NCBI RefSeq assembly: GCF_009914755.1
Contig: NC_060937.1
DNA length: 64,000 bases
Source: the human T2T-CHM13v2.0 reference genome, Homo sapiens
Reading direction: 5' to 3' (one strand)
Position numbers and translations under genes: made by a program. The notes under the pieces are model-generated. The model did not search any database. It saw only the letters and a program-made list of their open reading frames with translations, and was not told where the DNA came from. Shown here piece after piece: positions 1-13,221 of this stretch. Position 1 is the stretch's first letter; each line of letters starts with the position of its first letter.

Positions 1-1369
1 CCAAATGACTATTCATGACTAATCTTGGCTTAGCATAGTACTGCTACAGTGCTTTCTCACTTATTCTCATAGCCTGACTACAGATTGCAAAGTCAAGTAC
101 TCTTTCCCCACTCTTGACAATCCATTCATCTCCTGTGAGTATGGATTTAGTGACACCTAATGTCTTGAGAGCTTGGGGGGTCAAGGAGAGGTCTGCCCTT
201 CAATTGTCTTAAGCCAGAGTGGCGAAGAAAGAGATCTGGTGCCGGGCCATACTCCCCAGTCTCTCTCAGCACGTCCCATGACTTTTTCTAATATCCACTG
301 CTGTCTTTCCATTCTAGAAAAGAGAAAGATGATCCAAGTATCTGTATGGAAAACCTAAGGCATTGGGGGTCTCCTGGGAGTCTGAAGCAAGAGGACTGAG
401 ATACCCTCAGAGGTATTGAGGTACCCTCAGTAAAGGGCAGCAAGACATGACTCCTGAGGAGAGTGGAAAAGCCAATGTTTATTCTGGCTGCCTTCAATTC
501 AGTCATTGCATTCCACATCTCTCTCAGGCCTTCCTAAGGTCCCAAATGTGGACAAGTGTGGTATGAATAATCTGTATGACACTAAATATTTCCTTTATCC
601 AGGATGGGGCAAAGAGGAACTTTATATAAATAAATATCAAGGGGAAGTGGTAACATAGTTAACAAATGGCAGCTAAGTTACTTTCTGATGACTGCCCAAG
701 GTCTCTCAAAGTACCATTTCTGCAAAGCATGTTGTTGTAATCAGCCTTCTTGGATTAATGCTCAGAGGCAGTAAACAAAACACAAAATAAAAAAATATAT
801 ACATGACAAGCAGCTGGCTAGTACCATCTAGTGGTAGCAAAGAAGCAATAACTTTTAAAATGACCTTTTAAAATGCGGAAAGGGGGAGACTGAAACCATC
901 CATTCCTTTCTGGGGACATGAATGGTTTACCACGAAGGTGTAGAGCTTCATTTTTGTCCATGGGAGCTGGAGAGTGGCTCAATGCCAGGACGCTTTTCAG
1001 AGAGAAGACAGCTGAGAGAGATTGAGCTGCATTTCGAGATGGGCTTATTTCAATGCCTGAGATAGGGGCACATAAAATTGCACACATAGCTCATTTTCTG
1101 TTTGGTTGTCTCTTGTGGGAAGGAATGGTGCTGCTGATCTCTGGGAGAGTTTGGGGGTTTCCTGAAAACCAGCTACTTTGTTTATAAACATTGCCATTCA
1201 AAATCCAAGTCCTGGATAAAACTCTGGCTGTGGCAATTGGTTTTGGAGACTTTGTTGTTTGTGACACCTGCCTCCTTGTATCTTAGGCAGAGTTTCAGAG
1301 CAGCAAATGCTTGCATGACATTTCTCCAAAGGATTTTAGTTGATGATCTGCATTCCACTGAGCAAATAA

Positions 1370-1560
1370 TTATCATTGCTATGGTTTATTCAATACCTAC
1401 TGTGTGCCAGGTACTGTGGTGAGCCTTTTAGCTGCATTGGCTAATATGATTCTCAAGACCATTTTGAGGCAGGTATTCTTTGTCTCATTTATATAAAAGA
1501 GAAGTGGGGCTCAGAGAACTCATATGACTTGCCCAAGATCACAGAGGTCATGGAGGTCGT
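1370..1560 (-). mobile_element. MIR SINE fragment
   Basis: acctactgtgtgccaggtactgtg ... gaagtggggctcagaga ... gacttgcccaagatcacag resembles the MIR core; boundaries approximate. Confidence 0.7.
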
Positions 1561-2166
1561 GCTGGGAGTCACTCGCACGGGAAGGTATCTGACAGCCACT
1601 GTGGAGGATGAACTTACAGCTTCAGCACCTTCCCTATCCTCAGAAAGCTTATGATATTTTTAGGAAGGTAGGACATGCACAAAAATAGAAATATACCATG
1701 AGGGCCTGTGCAAGATGGTTATGTTTCTGGAGATTGCTGACAAGGCTATTGAGTCTAAGAGACAGGCTGAGACGTCAATTCCCCTATCCCCATATGAATA
1801 GGCAGCCAAGCCACCCAGAATCATTCGCAATCTCTCCTTCCTCATTGAATGATGTTTAAATGTGCCTGACTTGTTGATCATCAATGAGGTGGCACCTGCT
1901 GGAGTAAGAAAATGTTGTGATCAAGAAGATGGATCTGGTGCCAGGACAAGGTGGACTAGAGTAAAGATTCTGGGGTCAGGGAGATTCATTAGGAGGAAGT
2001 TGTGAGTCACTCGGGTGTCAGGAGATGCACTGAAATGAAGAGACAGCTGTGGGGATGGAGAGGACGAGCTGACAGGCCAGACACTGTAAAAGAACCAGAG
2101 AGAGTAATTGGGCCCTGTTCCTTGAAAGATGAGGAACAAATATGACTGGTGAGAAGGGGAAAAGGC

Positions 2167-2632
2167 TGTGTGGGTGCTTCTGGGTGTGTGTGACAGTAGG
2201 TGCGTGAGTGCAGATGTGTATTTGATTGTGTGTGGGGCAGTGTGCAAGTGTGAGTGTGGGTGTGAATGTGTGTGTGTGTGCATCAATGTGTGTATATGTG
2301 TGAATGTGTGTGTATCTATGTGTGAGTGTGTGTGGGCATGGATATGTGTGAATATGTGTGTATATGAGTGCACATGTGTGAAGGTATGTGTATGTGAGTA
2401 TGTGTGAGTGTGTGTGGGCATGGATATGTGTGAATATGTGTGTATATGAGTGCACATGTGTGAAGGTATGTGTATGTGAGTATGTGTGTGTGTGTGTGGG
2501 CATGAATGTGTATATGTGTATGTAAGTGTGGATGTTAGTGTGTGTGTGTGAATAAGCATGTGTATGTGAGTGTGTGGGTGGGTGGGAATGTGTGACTGAA
2601 TATATGTGTCTGTGAATGTGAATGTGTGTGAG

Positions 2633-2665
<33 letters not shown>
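2167..2665. repeat. Complex (TG)n-rich microsatellite with internal 82-bp tandem unit
   Basis: Alternating TG tract; the marker gggcatg recurs at 2334, 2416 and 2498 (period 82). Confidence 0.95.
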
Positions 2666-2666
<1 letters not shown>

Positions 2667-3074
2667 GAGATCTATCAGGAGAATGTTGTACCTGGTCTCT
2701 GAGTTGTTTGCAGAAATGGGAAACAGCTTCTTTTCTCTAACCCATATTGTTTGAGCAGATTGAGCTCTCTAAAGAGATGTTTTTATATAAACTAAAACAA
2801 AAGGTGTCTCTTTATTGGATGTGGTAGACAAGAAAACAAAAATTGGAACCAACATCCTATTTTCCTTATTATGTTCCTTTGATTTCAAGGCAAATGGTCT
2901 CAATCAAGACATTCCCCACTCTGGACTGAAGGGGCTGGTGGTGGACACCATGTGAATGACCCACCCTGAAAATGACTTGAAAGTTACAAGGGCAGAGCTC
3001 CAGCTGACGGCAAAAAGGAGACAGGCCAACTGTAAGGTTTCCACTTTGTGACCCAGGTTTAATCTTCTTACAGT

Positions 3075-3330
3075 GTGCACTGCACACACATTCACACATA
3101 TACAAATACACATGTGCACATTCAAACACAAGCACACAAATTCGCATGTGCACATACACACATGCAAACATATAAACACATATGTACACATGGAAACACA
3201 CAAAAACACACACACACAAATACACACCTATGCAGACACAGGTACATATACATACACATACATGCACACATACACACACAAACATACACACACATATACA
3301 CAAACACACACATGTACACACACAACACAG
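3075..3330. repeat. Complex (CA)n-rich microsatellite
   Basis: Degenerate CA/TA alternating tract. Confidence 0.95.
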
Positions 3331-5039
3331 CAGTGCTTACTCAGAGGGAATTACAGCAGAAGCAGCAGGAGGTGTTTACTTCTCACTTGATACACAAAAC
3401 CCAGGCAGAGAAAAACATGTACTTATTATTAGCACAACTTATAAAATCTTGCTCGGGTGTGCAAAATTAGTAATACAAGGAAGTGGAACTATTTTATGGC
3501 CAGGGTTTTCTGACCACTATGTCAATTAATTTATATAGACCCATACATCCTATATTAAGTGTAACTTTCATTCCCTCTTTCCCGTGGTGAATGACCCAAA
3601 ACTTTTAGAAAACTCTTCAGACAAGCAATAAAATAAATTCATCGTTGTGCATGTTGGGTTTGAGGTGATGGTGGAACATCCTAGGTTTGAAATGATTTCT
3701 AAGGAGCAGGTTGGAGTGGAGCTTGGGTGAGAATCAGGGCTGGAAATATGAATGTGGAAATGAGCAGCATAGAAGGACATTTTTATTAGGAATTGGAAGA
3801 GCTCACACATAATTCAGAAAAACAGCACCACCGGGAATGTCAGCTAATATTATTAGGTAAAATCACTCAAAGAATGCCAGCATTTAATGAAGACCCCCTG
3901 AATGTACTTTTATTAAATTGCAAGTGATATGCTCAAAGGGTACTGAATTTGTTGATGCAAGTTTACTTTTTTTAGTCACATGAAATTAGGTTCTCCCTCA
4001 TTTGTGAACCACTCCCTTAGAGAAGGGCTATGTTGAGATGACCCCAAACTACCAAGTTGTAATTAATTTGGGGCTTGCAACAGGCCCAGCAAGTGATATA
4101 AATTGCTCTAGAATTGAATTATGAGTAGAAATCAAGCATAGGCAAGTGAGGAGAGACGAATATGGAGACAGGAGGAAGAGAAACTTATTATTATGCTGTG
4201 GCCAATTTCATTATGCTGTGAAGGTAAGACATAATTTGGAATCATTAATAGTTATATGAATCCCTTCTGAACTCTTGGGTTCTGAGGTTAGTTTTGCGCT
4301 AGTAAAATAGTTGCCATATATGTCTGACTATAAGGTGAGTTTATCATTTTTTCTTAAACAATTATCACTTAGAGAAGAGGGACTTTGATATTACATGGTA
4401 TGGGCTTTATTATTAATACTTAATTTTGAATAATAAAGATATATTTGGGAAAGACACATTTGCCTGAAAATACCTTAAACAATGCTAATTTTGAAAATTT
4501 TTTAAGGTCAGCTGATAAAATTTTTTAAGACAAAAATTTAGCATAGTTTAAGTTTAAATTATTTTAAACACAATTTAAATTGTAACATTTCACTTGTACC
4601 CCTGTGTATATGATCATGCAATTTCAAATGTTGAATATAAGGAAGGCTTAAAGTTTCAAAGATTACTTTTAGGAGGAATACAGTAAATGATAATGTAGAG
4701 GTTGCAAATAAATACCTATAAGACACACAAAACAATTTTCTAAAAAAATATACACAAATTGGCTTCTTGTGGCTTGAGATGAGGTATTCATTGACGGCCT
4801 CCACACAAATGGAAAAGAACCATCTCTCGATCAATTTAGACTGTAAGAAAGACATGGGCCCTGGACCCTGTTCGAAAAGTGAGTCAAGCAATGGTGAAAG
4901 CAATAAAGACAAGATGCGAATGAGGCATTCGAATAAAATTGTTTCAAATGCAATGTTGCTAAATTAATATAAACTTACTCTTTTAAGTCTGTATGTGAAA
5001 CTAAATGAATAAATTAGATAGTAGAATTTGCCTATTTGT

Positions 5040-6884
5040 TTTTTTCCTGTTTATTTACATTTAATTAATAAAGACAATAGAAGGATGAGGTTTCAGTATT
5101 CTCTTCAAATTTTATTTTAAGTGATGTTAATTACAGTATTTGAAGGGAAGGTTCTAATTCCACACAAAATGGAAGAATATAAAGTGTGTTCATTAAACTG
5201 CTAAAAAATAGAGTGGTGAGAATACAACAGAAGTCCAATTTAGATTCTGAGTGTTGTCACCATGTTATTACAATCACACAGCCTCTTCCAAACTTATAGC
5301 TGGAGCTCCCGGTAGCTATTTCCTACTCTGGTCCAAGGACCAAAAACCACAATGTAAAACTGAATTAAGTCCTGAATTATTGGCTTCATCACATGCACCC
5401 TCTTCCACCTCAAAATGGCAAAAAAGAAACAGTTACCACACCCTGCAGACCTTTTGGTGTAAAAGAGGTGTTGATGAACTGGAGTAGAAACAGGTCATAA
5501 AGAGCTGTCTTAAAAAGTCCCTTTCAGGTGAGTTTGTACACACCATCTAGCAAGGAGCCTCTCATCAAGTAGGGTTAGGTAACCACGGTTCATTTCTCAG
5601 GAAGTCACAATTTCATTCATTTACTCAATATGCATTTACAAAGTGCCTACATATCATCAGCTTCCAATTGCAGTCATTTCTAGATAAAAAAAGGAACCTG
5701 ATCTCTAGAGGGGCCACCTAGCTCCCCAAGTCTACAGCTGAAAGGATCTTTTGTGGAATTGGGTTTCTTCTCTACTTCTGAAAGGGTAACACCTTAAAGC
5801 TGAATTGTCTTTACAACCTGAAGGTCTGATATGATATTTAGCAATATTTGCATCCTGGACATACAACATTGAAAGATACACTAAATTCTGAAGGTAGCTA
5901 TGCTTCAAAATACTTTAAATTAAACAATTGTACAGTATTCATTTAGGCTTGAATCCAGTCCTAGACTGAGCTTGTGGCCACTGACATTGATGTTCTTGCC
6001 ATCCAGGAGAGCTGACAGTGTCTGTTTGATACCTGGCTTTAGGGTTGTGAGTGTATCCTACACCTATCAGCTTGGTGTAAAAGAGGTGTTGATGAACTGG
6101 AGTAGAAACACCTCCAGGTTGGATGTGTTCACTTTACCTGCAAAGCAGTCTTCGGAGTCAATCTGATACTTGGCTGCTATTCTGAAATGAGTGTTATTGT
6201 TTCCTGCTGTCCAGGAGAGATTGACAGCGCTCTCCAATTTCTTGTTCACCTTCTGGTAAATGGAGCCACTGAACTCTTGTCCTGTCATTCACATGTGTGA
6301 AGCTAGAATTCATCAGTCTTGTAGCCAACCACAAAGTTGCTCTGGGTTACTCAGGACTCTGCAGTCTCAAAATTCATTTGGTTGCCAGCCAGCCAACCTT
6401 CCTAACCCGGCACCAGCATGCCCCAGATTAAAGGCCCAGTGATGTCCAAATCCACGTTGCAGCCCAGGCAGATGGGCTCCCGATCGTACCCTGTCTTGAT
6501 TTTAGCACGTTTTTTCCCCAGTGTTAGGTAAGAAAGATGAATGGAAGGTCAGCTTCAGTCCACATGCAAGCTGATCTTCATGGCAGTCTTGGTGCCTCAC
6601 ATGTTGTCAGTGTTCCATTTCCCCATAAATGCCGGACCACACTCAATGCTTCTGTACTTGGTTTCCAGGCTGCCCATCACTTTGGTGGTCTCAGTGTGGA
6701 CTGAAACCGAACTTGTAAATTCCAGATTTTGTTTTTAAATAAAGTTTCATTACACCAAGTCCATAGCTTCGGTGAAGGGATCCCTGGTAGATTTGCCAAG
6801 ATTGCCATGTGCGAGTGGCACAGCCATCCTCTGCTCAGAGGTAGTGATGATGGCCTCCAGCAGCCATGGCGGGAAGGTATGGAT
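5040..6884 (-). pseudogene. VDAC1 (pseudogene): VDAC1 processed pseudogene (5'UTR remnant, CDS remnant 5943-6827, full 3'UTR)
   Basis: Minus strand from ATG 6827 reads MAVPLAHGNLGKSTRDPFT (VDAC1 MAVPPTYADLGKSARDVFT), then frameshifts. ORF 6067..6288 gives [37 protein letters not shown]. Stop TAA at 5943-5945. Intronless, ~900-nt 3'UTR, short T run at ~5039-5045, TSD atttgcctatttgt at 5026-5039 and 6885-6898. Confidence 0.95.
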
Positions 6885-7510
6885 ATTTGCCTATTTGTAT
6901 TAAGACTGTTTATATTTCAATAGGTCAAAATTATTTTGGGGGATGAGAGAGAAGAAGGTTAAAAATTTCATTTGAAACCTGGAGAAAAGCTTGCTTTTTG
7001 TCATCTCCCCATTCCAAAAACTGAGAAGGCCACATCTCATCACTGGGTAATCTTCACAAGTGACCAGTGGCTTTGTGTGCACATAGGAGCCTGGCATCAA
7101 AGAAAGATGTAATGCAGGGAGGAATTTGCTCTGTCACAGTCTCTAGCCTCTCTTTCACCGGAGTTGAAGTGGCTCTGGCTTCAGCAATTTCTGTTTCAGC
7201 CTGGGTCCATTCTAGGTGGTATGAACATGCAGTATTTCTCAAACTTTTCCGAAGAAGGACCCACCTTGGCAAAAGAGCATGCAGACTGATGCCTGGACAT
7301 CTTGGGATGTCTTGAATTTCATCTTAAAAATTTATGCAAATTTTACATTCTGTGGCATAACTAGATGTTATGGCATAGGACCATGCGTACCCGAATGGTG
7401 ACTGATACACCCAGTATGGCACAGGCCCAGGCTTTGGAGTCTGAAAGATATAGTGGCCTTGCTGCCTATAACAAGTTGATCTTGTAATGTAAACACTGTG
7501 AGCTTTGATT

Positions 7511-7826
7511 TTCTTTTCTTTTTCTTTTTTTTCTCGAGACAGGGTCTTACTTTGTCACCCAGGCTGGAGTGCCGTGGTGCAGTGGCGTAATCTCAGCTCA
7601 CTGCAGCCTTGACCTCCCAGGCTTAAGTGATCCTTTTACCTCAGCCCCCACAAGTAGCTGGGACTATAGTCATGTGCCACCATGCCCAGCTAATTTTTGT
7701 ATTTTTTATAGAGATTGGGTTTTGCCATGTTGTCCAGCTGGTCTTGAACTCCTGAGCTCATGTGATCCACCTGCCTTGGCCTCCCAAAGTGATAGGATTA
7801 CAGCCGTAAGCCACCATGCTGGGCCA
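7511..7826 (-). mobile_element. Alu (AluJ-like) inserted in a MIR
   Basis: Antisense Alu dimer with T tail; imperfect TSD tgagctttgattttctt / tgagccttggttttctt. Confidence 0.93.
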
Positions 7827-8199
7827 TGAGCCTTGGTTTTCTTACCTATCCAGTGCAGACACACCTTGGAGGGTTGTAATGGGGATTAAATGAGATGACT
7901 GATATAATAAGTGTAACAAATGTTGGCTCCTCCTCAAGCACCAAACTACACTCAGAGACATAGCAGCTTGGAGAGACTTATCCAGGAGTTTAGACTTGTC
8001 CACTGTCAAGTCTGGAGTGGCTTAGATCCCAACGCCACATTGATTCTTGTAGAGATTTAGCATGGAGGTCAACCAACACATGTCTGGGGTTAATCTAGAC
8101 CTCACTTTCTGGATTGGGTCCTTGGAATTTGGAAGTGGAGGAGCCTTAGAAGATGACTTACTTTTTAAAAAAGAATGAGGCAGTGACTGCCAGAAGCAA

Positions 8200-8670
8200 G
8201 TTTTCCCTTGTTCTTCTTGAACTCCCTCTTCCTCTCCTCTCATTTTATCTCCAGGCCTCTTCAGTCCTTTTATTGATCCTTTCTTCCATTGAAACTCTAC
8301 TTGAAGACAACAGAGTCCTGTTAATAGTCAGATTTAATCGTTTCTTCTTAATCTCTATCCTATTTAATCTTTTTGTCCAGTTTGATGCTATGAGACTTTC
8401 AGTTTTGTAATGTTTCTCCCTTGGTTTCCCTAGAACTTCTCTAACAGATTTAAGTTGCCTCCATCCTCCCTTGTTGCATTCCATGCCTTTTTCCATTCAG
8501 CTTTTAAATACCTTTGCTTTGTCCTTAGCCTTTCATATTTAGACTCCTTTGTGTATTTACCTGGGCTCATCTGTTCCTATGACTTCAATATCATTCTCTG
8601 GTTTTCCTCTCTCCGATTTATGCTCTGCACACCATTGTTCTTTTATTTTAAAGTAGCTTACTAGAATTTC
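8200..8670 (+). mobile_element. Old L2 LINE fragment
   Basis: Pyrimidine-rich degenerate sequence resembling L2 ORF2 (gaaactctacttgaagacaac ... ttaatagtcagatttaat). Confidence 0.45.
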
Positions 8671-8764
8671 TGGAGTACAAGCATTTCAGAGAATGGTTGG
8701 CGTATGCCTTGAGAGTCAGACAGGAACAAAATTACAGGCACCTTGTACCCATGTTAATGGATCG

Positions 8765-10985
8765 ATCTTGATAGAATAGTTATGCTAGTATAAAAACAAC
8801 TCAACAAACTTATTGGCTTCATACAACAAGAACTAGCTCACAGCAACATCTTCCACAAGTAGCTGGGAGGTTCTGCTTTTTGTCTTCCTGACTGAGGAAT
8901 CCAGGCTGATGAAATAGATTTGATCTGAAACATTGCCTGTTGCCAAACCAGACAGAAGGGGATGGAAGACAGAATTGCATATTGGCTCTTAAAACTTCTG
9001 CCTAGACATCACTGGTACTACTTCTGAAAATGTGTCATTGGCTAAATCAGGTCATACGGCCACATCCAATTTCAAGAGGGCAGAGCATTTTTCTCCTTCC
9101 ATGTACCTAGAGGAGTGTTGGAAATATTCGGTGAATAGCCCTGATGACTACCCAGTCCTATCACACAACAAGTAGTTAATTTAGTTTCCTTTTGACATGC
9201 AAAAAATACTTACCTCTTTCCTAAGGGATTATAACCCAAAATTTTAACCAAACCAACTGGATTCTATTTCAAGTCCAGGATCTCTGAGTGATGCCTTTGG
9301 TCACCTTGGTCCTGACATGTACCCTGTTATTACAGAGACCTATACATTCATAAGGTAAGTTGTTTGTCTCTCCTTACACCCCTTATAACAATATACCAAG
9401 GTTAGGATGGCCCCAGTAGATATTCAGATGAAGGAAAAATGCAAGATACATTCATCACTGGTATACAGCAAGGGTAAAGATGTTGCAATGGCTCTCTACC
9501 CTTGGAACAAGGCATGCTATACAGTCATCCCTCAATATCTGTGGGAGATTAGTTTCAAGATACCCTGCAAATACCAAAATCCATGAATGCTCAAGTCCCT
9601 TATATAAAAGGTGTAGTATTTACATATGACCTATGTACATCTTCCTGTACAATTATTATACTGCATTGTTTTACAAGTTTGTATTTTTTATTGTGGTGGT
9701 GTTATGTTTATCCCTTTTTTCCCCTAAATATTTTCCATCTGAGGTTGGTTGAATTTGAAATATAGAACCTGTGGATATGGAAGGACAACTGTATATGATT
9801 AGGTTTCAGATTCTGTTCCCTGGAAAGGGCTCTACAGTCTGTTGTTTTCTGTAGTTCTTCGCTCCACCTCCTGTGAGGTTTTCTTCCTTTCATTTTCCTC
9901 CTTGGGTATTGCTAGAATATGCCTTCAGCAGATGCTGTAACATTTTCTCAGTCTACTTCTTGCCTGTTGATGTTCGAGGGCCTATGGGTCATTTTCAGTT
10001 CCCAAAACTCAAAAAAGTTTCTTTTAGTGCAGGTTGATAATTCTTTTGCTGTATGACTCTCAAACACTGAGATTCTTATCTGTTCAATTACAGTCAGTTT
10101 CATATGTCAATAACCATACTAGCAGTCCTCAAGACTCAAGAGTCTTAATTTTCATATTAGCTATAATTTTTTACTTTCTTGCTGTCACGAACTACCACTC
10201 CCTCCTATCCTTGAATTAATTTTTGCTGCCTGAGCCTATCAGACGTGGGTGGAAAAATCACCTTTAGGTTCTTTTCCCTGAGCTATCTTAACCAACTTAA
10301 AAGACTTACTGGATACTACAACTTAATTTGATATTTACCCTGGGTACCCTAATTTATCCATGGATTTTTAAAATGGGTCTCATGACAAATCCTTAATTTG
10401 TTCCTAGATGAAACATTCAGTTTTAATGGGCCATCTTTGCCCAAAGTCCTACTCATTTTCTTCTGTTTGAGTTTGAGAAGCAGTTGCCTATTTGATGCCA
10501 AATTCTCTGAATTTCTGGGCCCTCTCCATGTTTTTTACATTATACTTACAAACGAGCCACTACTTTTTTGAGCTCATTTCTTTCTCAGAGAACCATTTCT
10601 AGCACAGTCAACTGGAACTGACACATACTACTTACTGTTTTTCAATCTCTTCTCAATCTTGCTACATGTTCATTGTGTTTGTAATCTACCTAAAACGTTC
10701 ATTTAGGCCAGATTTTTCCAACTGTTTTTCTATTACATAACATGGGTTACCATTTTTGTAACCTCCAGTATCAGTTTTCTCACCACTGTCATCCAGCCCC
10801 TTGACTAATACACATAACTAATTTTCTTTGTTATGAAATTACCCAATTTCTGGTAATAATATCTGTATCAATCAGATAGGCAAGATTATGCTGAGATTAA
10901 AAAACAAACAAACAGAAAACTCTGTGGTTTAATACAGCATAAGTTTATTGTTCCCTCAAAGTTTATTATAGACCTGGACAAGGCT
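8765..10985 (-). mobile_element. MLT1 (ERVL-MaLR) element: LTR ~8765-9155, internal ~9155-10863, truncated second LTR ~10864-10985
   Basis: Two similar LTR starts (ttatgctagtataaaaacaactc.. and ttatgctgagattaaaaaacaaac..) flank MLT1-int-like sequence that ends caatttctggtaataatatc. Confidence 0.7.
9522..9791 (+). mobile_element. MER2-like TcMar-Tigger DNA transposon
   Basis: Terminal inverted repeats cagtcatccctcaatatctgtggg / cctgtggatatggaaggacaactg, flanked by TA on both sides. Confidence 0.85.
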
Positions 10986-12756
10986 CTAATACAAGTGGGT
11001 AACAGGCAGAGGTTGGAACAGTTTGGAGGGCTCAGAAGAAGACAGGAAGATGTGGGAAAATTTGGAACTTCCTAGAGACTTGTTGAATGGTTTTGACCAA
11101 AATGCTGCTAGTGATATGGTCAATGAAGTCCAGGCTGAGGTGGTCTCAGATGGAGATGGGGAAGTTACTGGGACCTGGAGTAAAGGTCACTTTTGCTATG
11201 CTTTAGCAAAGAGACTGGCAGCATTTTACCACTGCCCTAGAGATCTGTGGAACTTTGAACTTGAGAAAGACGATCTGAAATTGAAACTTATGTTTAAAAA
11301 GGAAGCAGAGCATAAAAGTTTGGGAAATTTGCAGCCTGACCATGTAGTAAGACAGAGAAACCCATTTTCTGGGGAGAAATTCAAGTCAAATTTGCATAAG
11401 TAACGAAGAGTCAAATGTTAATTGCCAAGACAATGGGGAAGATGTCTCCAGCGCATGTCAGAAATCTGGATGGTAGCCCCTACCATCACAGGCCTGGAGG
11501 CCTAGGAGGGAAAAATGGTTTCATGGGCCGAGCCAGGCCCCCACTGCTCTGTGCAGCCTCAAGACTTGGCGTGTCTATCCCAGCTACTCCATTCAACTCC
11601 AGTCATGGCTAAAAGGGGCCAAGGTATGGCTTAGACTGTTGCTTCAGAGAATGCAAGTCCCAAGCCTTGGTGGCTTCCACATGGTGTTGGGCCTGCAGGT
11701 GCACAGAAGTCAAGATTTGAGATTTAAGAACCTCTGCTTAGATTTCAGAGGATGTATGGAAATGTCTGAATGTCCAGGCAGAATTTTGCTGCAGAGGCAG
11801 AACCCTCATAGAGAAACTCTGCTAGGGCAGTGCAGAAGGGAAATGTGGGGTGGGAGAGAGTCCCCACTGAGGCACTGCCTAGTGGAACTGTGAGAAGAAG
11901 GCCACCATCCTCCAGATCCCAGAAGGGTAGATTGACTAACAGCTTGCACAGTGCACCTGGAAAAGCCCCAGACACTCAGCACCAGCCTGTGAAAGCAGCT
12001 GGGAGAGGGGCTATACACTGCTAAGCTACAGGGGCAGAGCTGCCCAAGACCATGGAAACCCACCTCTTGTATCAGCATGACCTGGATGTGAGACATGGAG
12101 TTCAAGGAGATCATTTTGGAGCTTTAAGATTTAATGACTTCCCTGTTGGATTTCAGATTTACATGGGGCCTGTAGCACCTTTGTTTTGGCCAATTTCTCC
12201 CATTTGCAATGGGAATATTTACCCAGTGCCTGTACCCGCATTGTATCTTGGAAGTAACTAACTTGCTTTTGGTTTTACAGGCTTATAAACAGAAGGGACT
12301 TGACTTGTCTCAGATGAGACTTTGGACTTTTACTTTTAAGTTAATGCTGGAATGAGTTAAGACTTTGGGGATTGTTGGGAAAGCATGATTGGTTTTGAAA
12401 TGTATAAAGGACATGAGATTTGAGAGGGGCTAGGGCAAAATGATATGGTTTGGCTCTGTGTCCCCACTAAAATCTCATCTCAAATTGTAATCCCCATGTG
12501 CCAGAGAAGGAAGCTGTTCTCATGATAGTGAGTGGATTATCACCAGATCTAATGGTTTTTTAAACGGTAGTTTTTCCTGCACTCTCACAAGCTCTCTCAC
12601 TGCCATGTAAGATATGCCTGTTTTCCCTTCCACCATGATTGTAAGTTTCCTGAAGCCTCCCAAGCCATGAGGAACTGAGTTAATTAAACCTCTTTCCTTT
12701 ATAAATCACCTGGTCTTAGGAAGTTATTTATAGCCGTGTGAAAATGGACTAATACA
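10986..12756 (+). mobile_element. THE1 (THE1C/D-like) MaLR: internal region plus 3' LTR 12441-12756; 5' LTR nearly absent
   Basis: Internal ORF remnant (EGSEEDRKMWENLELPRDLLNGFDQNA); LTR tgatatggtttggctctgtgtcccc ... ggactaataca. Confidence 0.92.
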
Positions 12757-12922
12757 ATTACCTTTTTAGTTTTAACTCCTTTACCTTTCCTTAGACTCTC
12801 CAAACTCCCCACTAGCATTTAGTAGATTAACTCATTTTCAAAGTTTAGTTCAGGTGTTACCTCCTTGAAGCAAAATAATAATTATGATAGCTCACAGTCA
12901 GTAAGCATGTATTATGTTCTAA

Positions 12923-13221
<299 letters not shown>

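Noticed and set aside
1889-1902. CTCF-like motif (minus strand ccagcaggtgccac)
   Set aside because: Single mismatched motif at a core position; expected by chance without ChIP evidence.
1921-3529. Long His/Thr- and Cys/Val-rich ORFs (up to 212 aa)
   Set aside because: Translations of (TG)n/(CA)n microsatellites, which lack stop codons by composition.
5943-6827. Functional VDAC1 retrogene
   Set aside because: Frameshift and stop within the first ~26 codons, a deletion near KTKS-LEF and an insertion at ~6070.
11023-11403. 126-aa ORF as a novel gene
   Set aside because: It is the standard THE1/MST MaLR internal ORF remnant, broken by frameshifts downstream.
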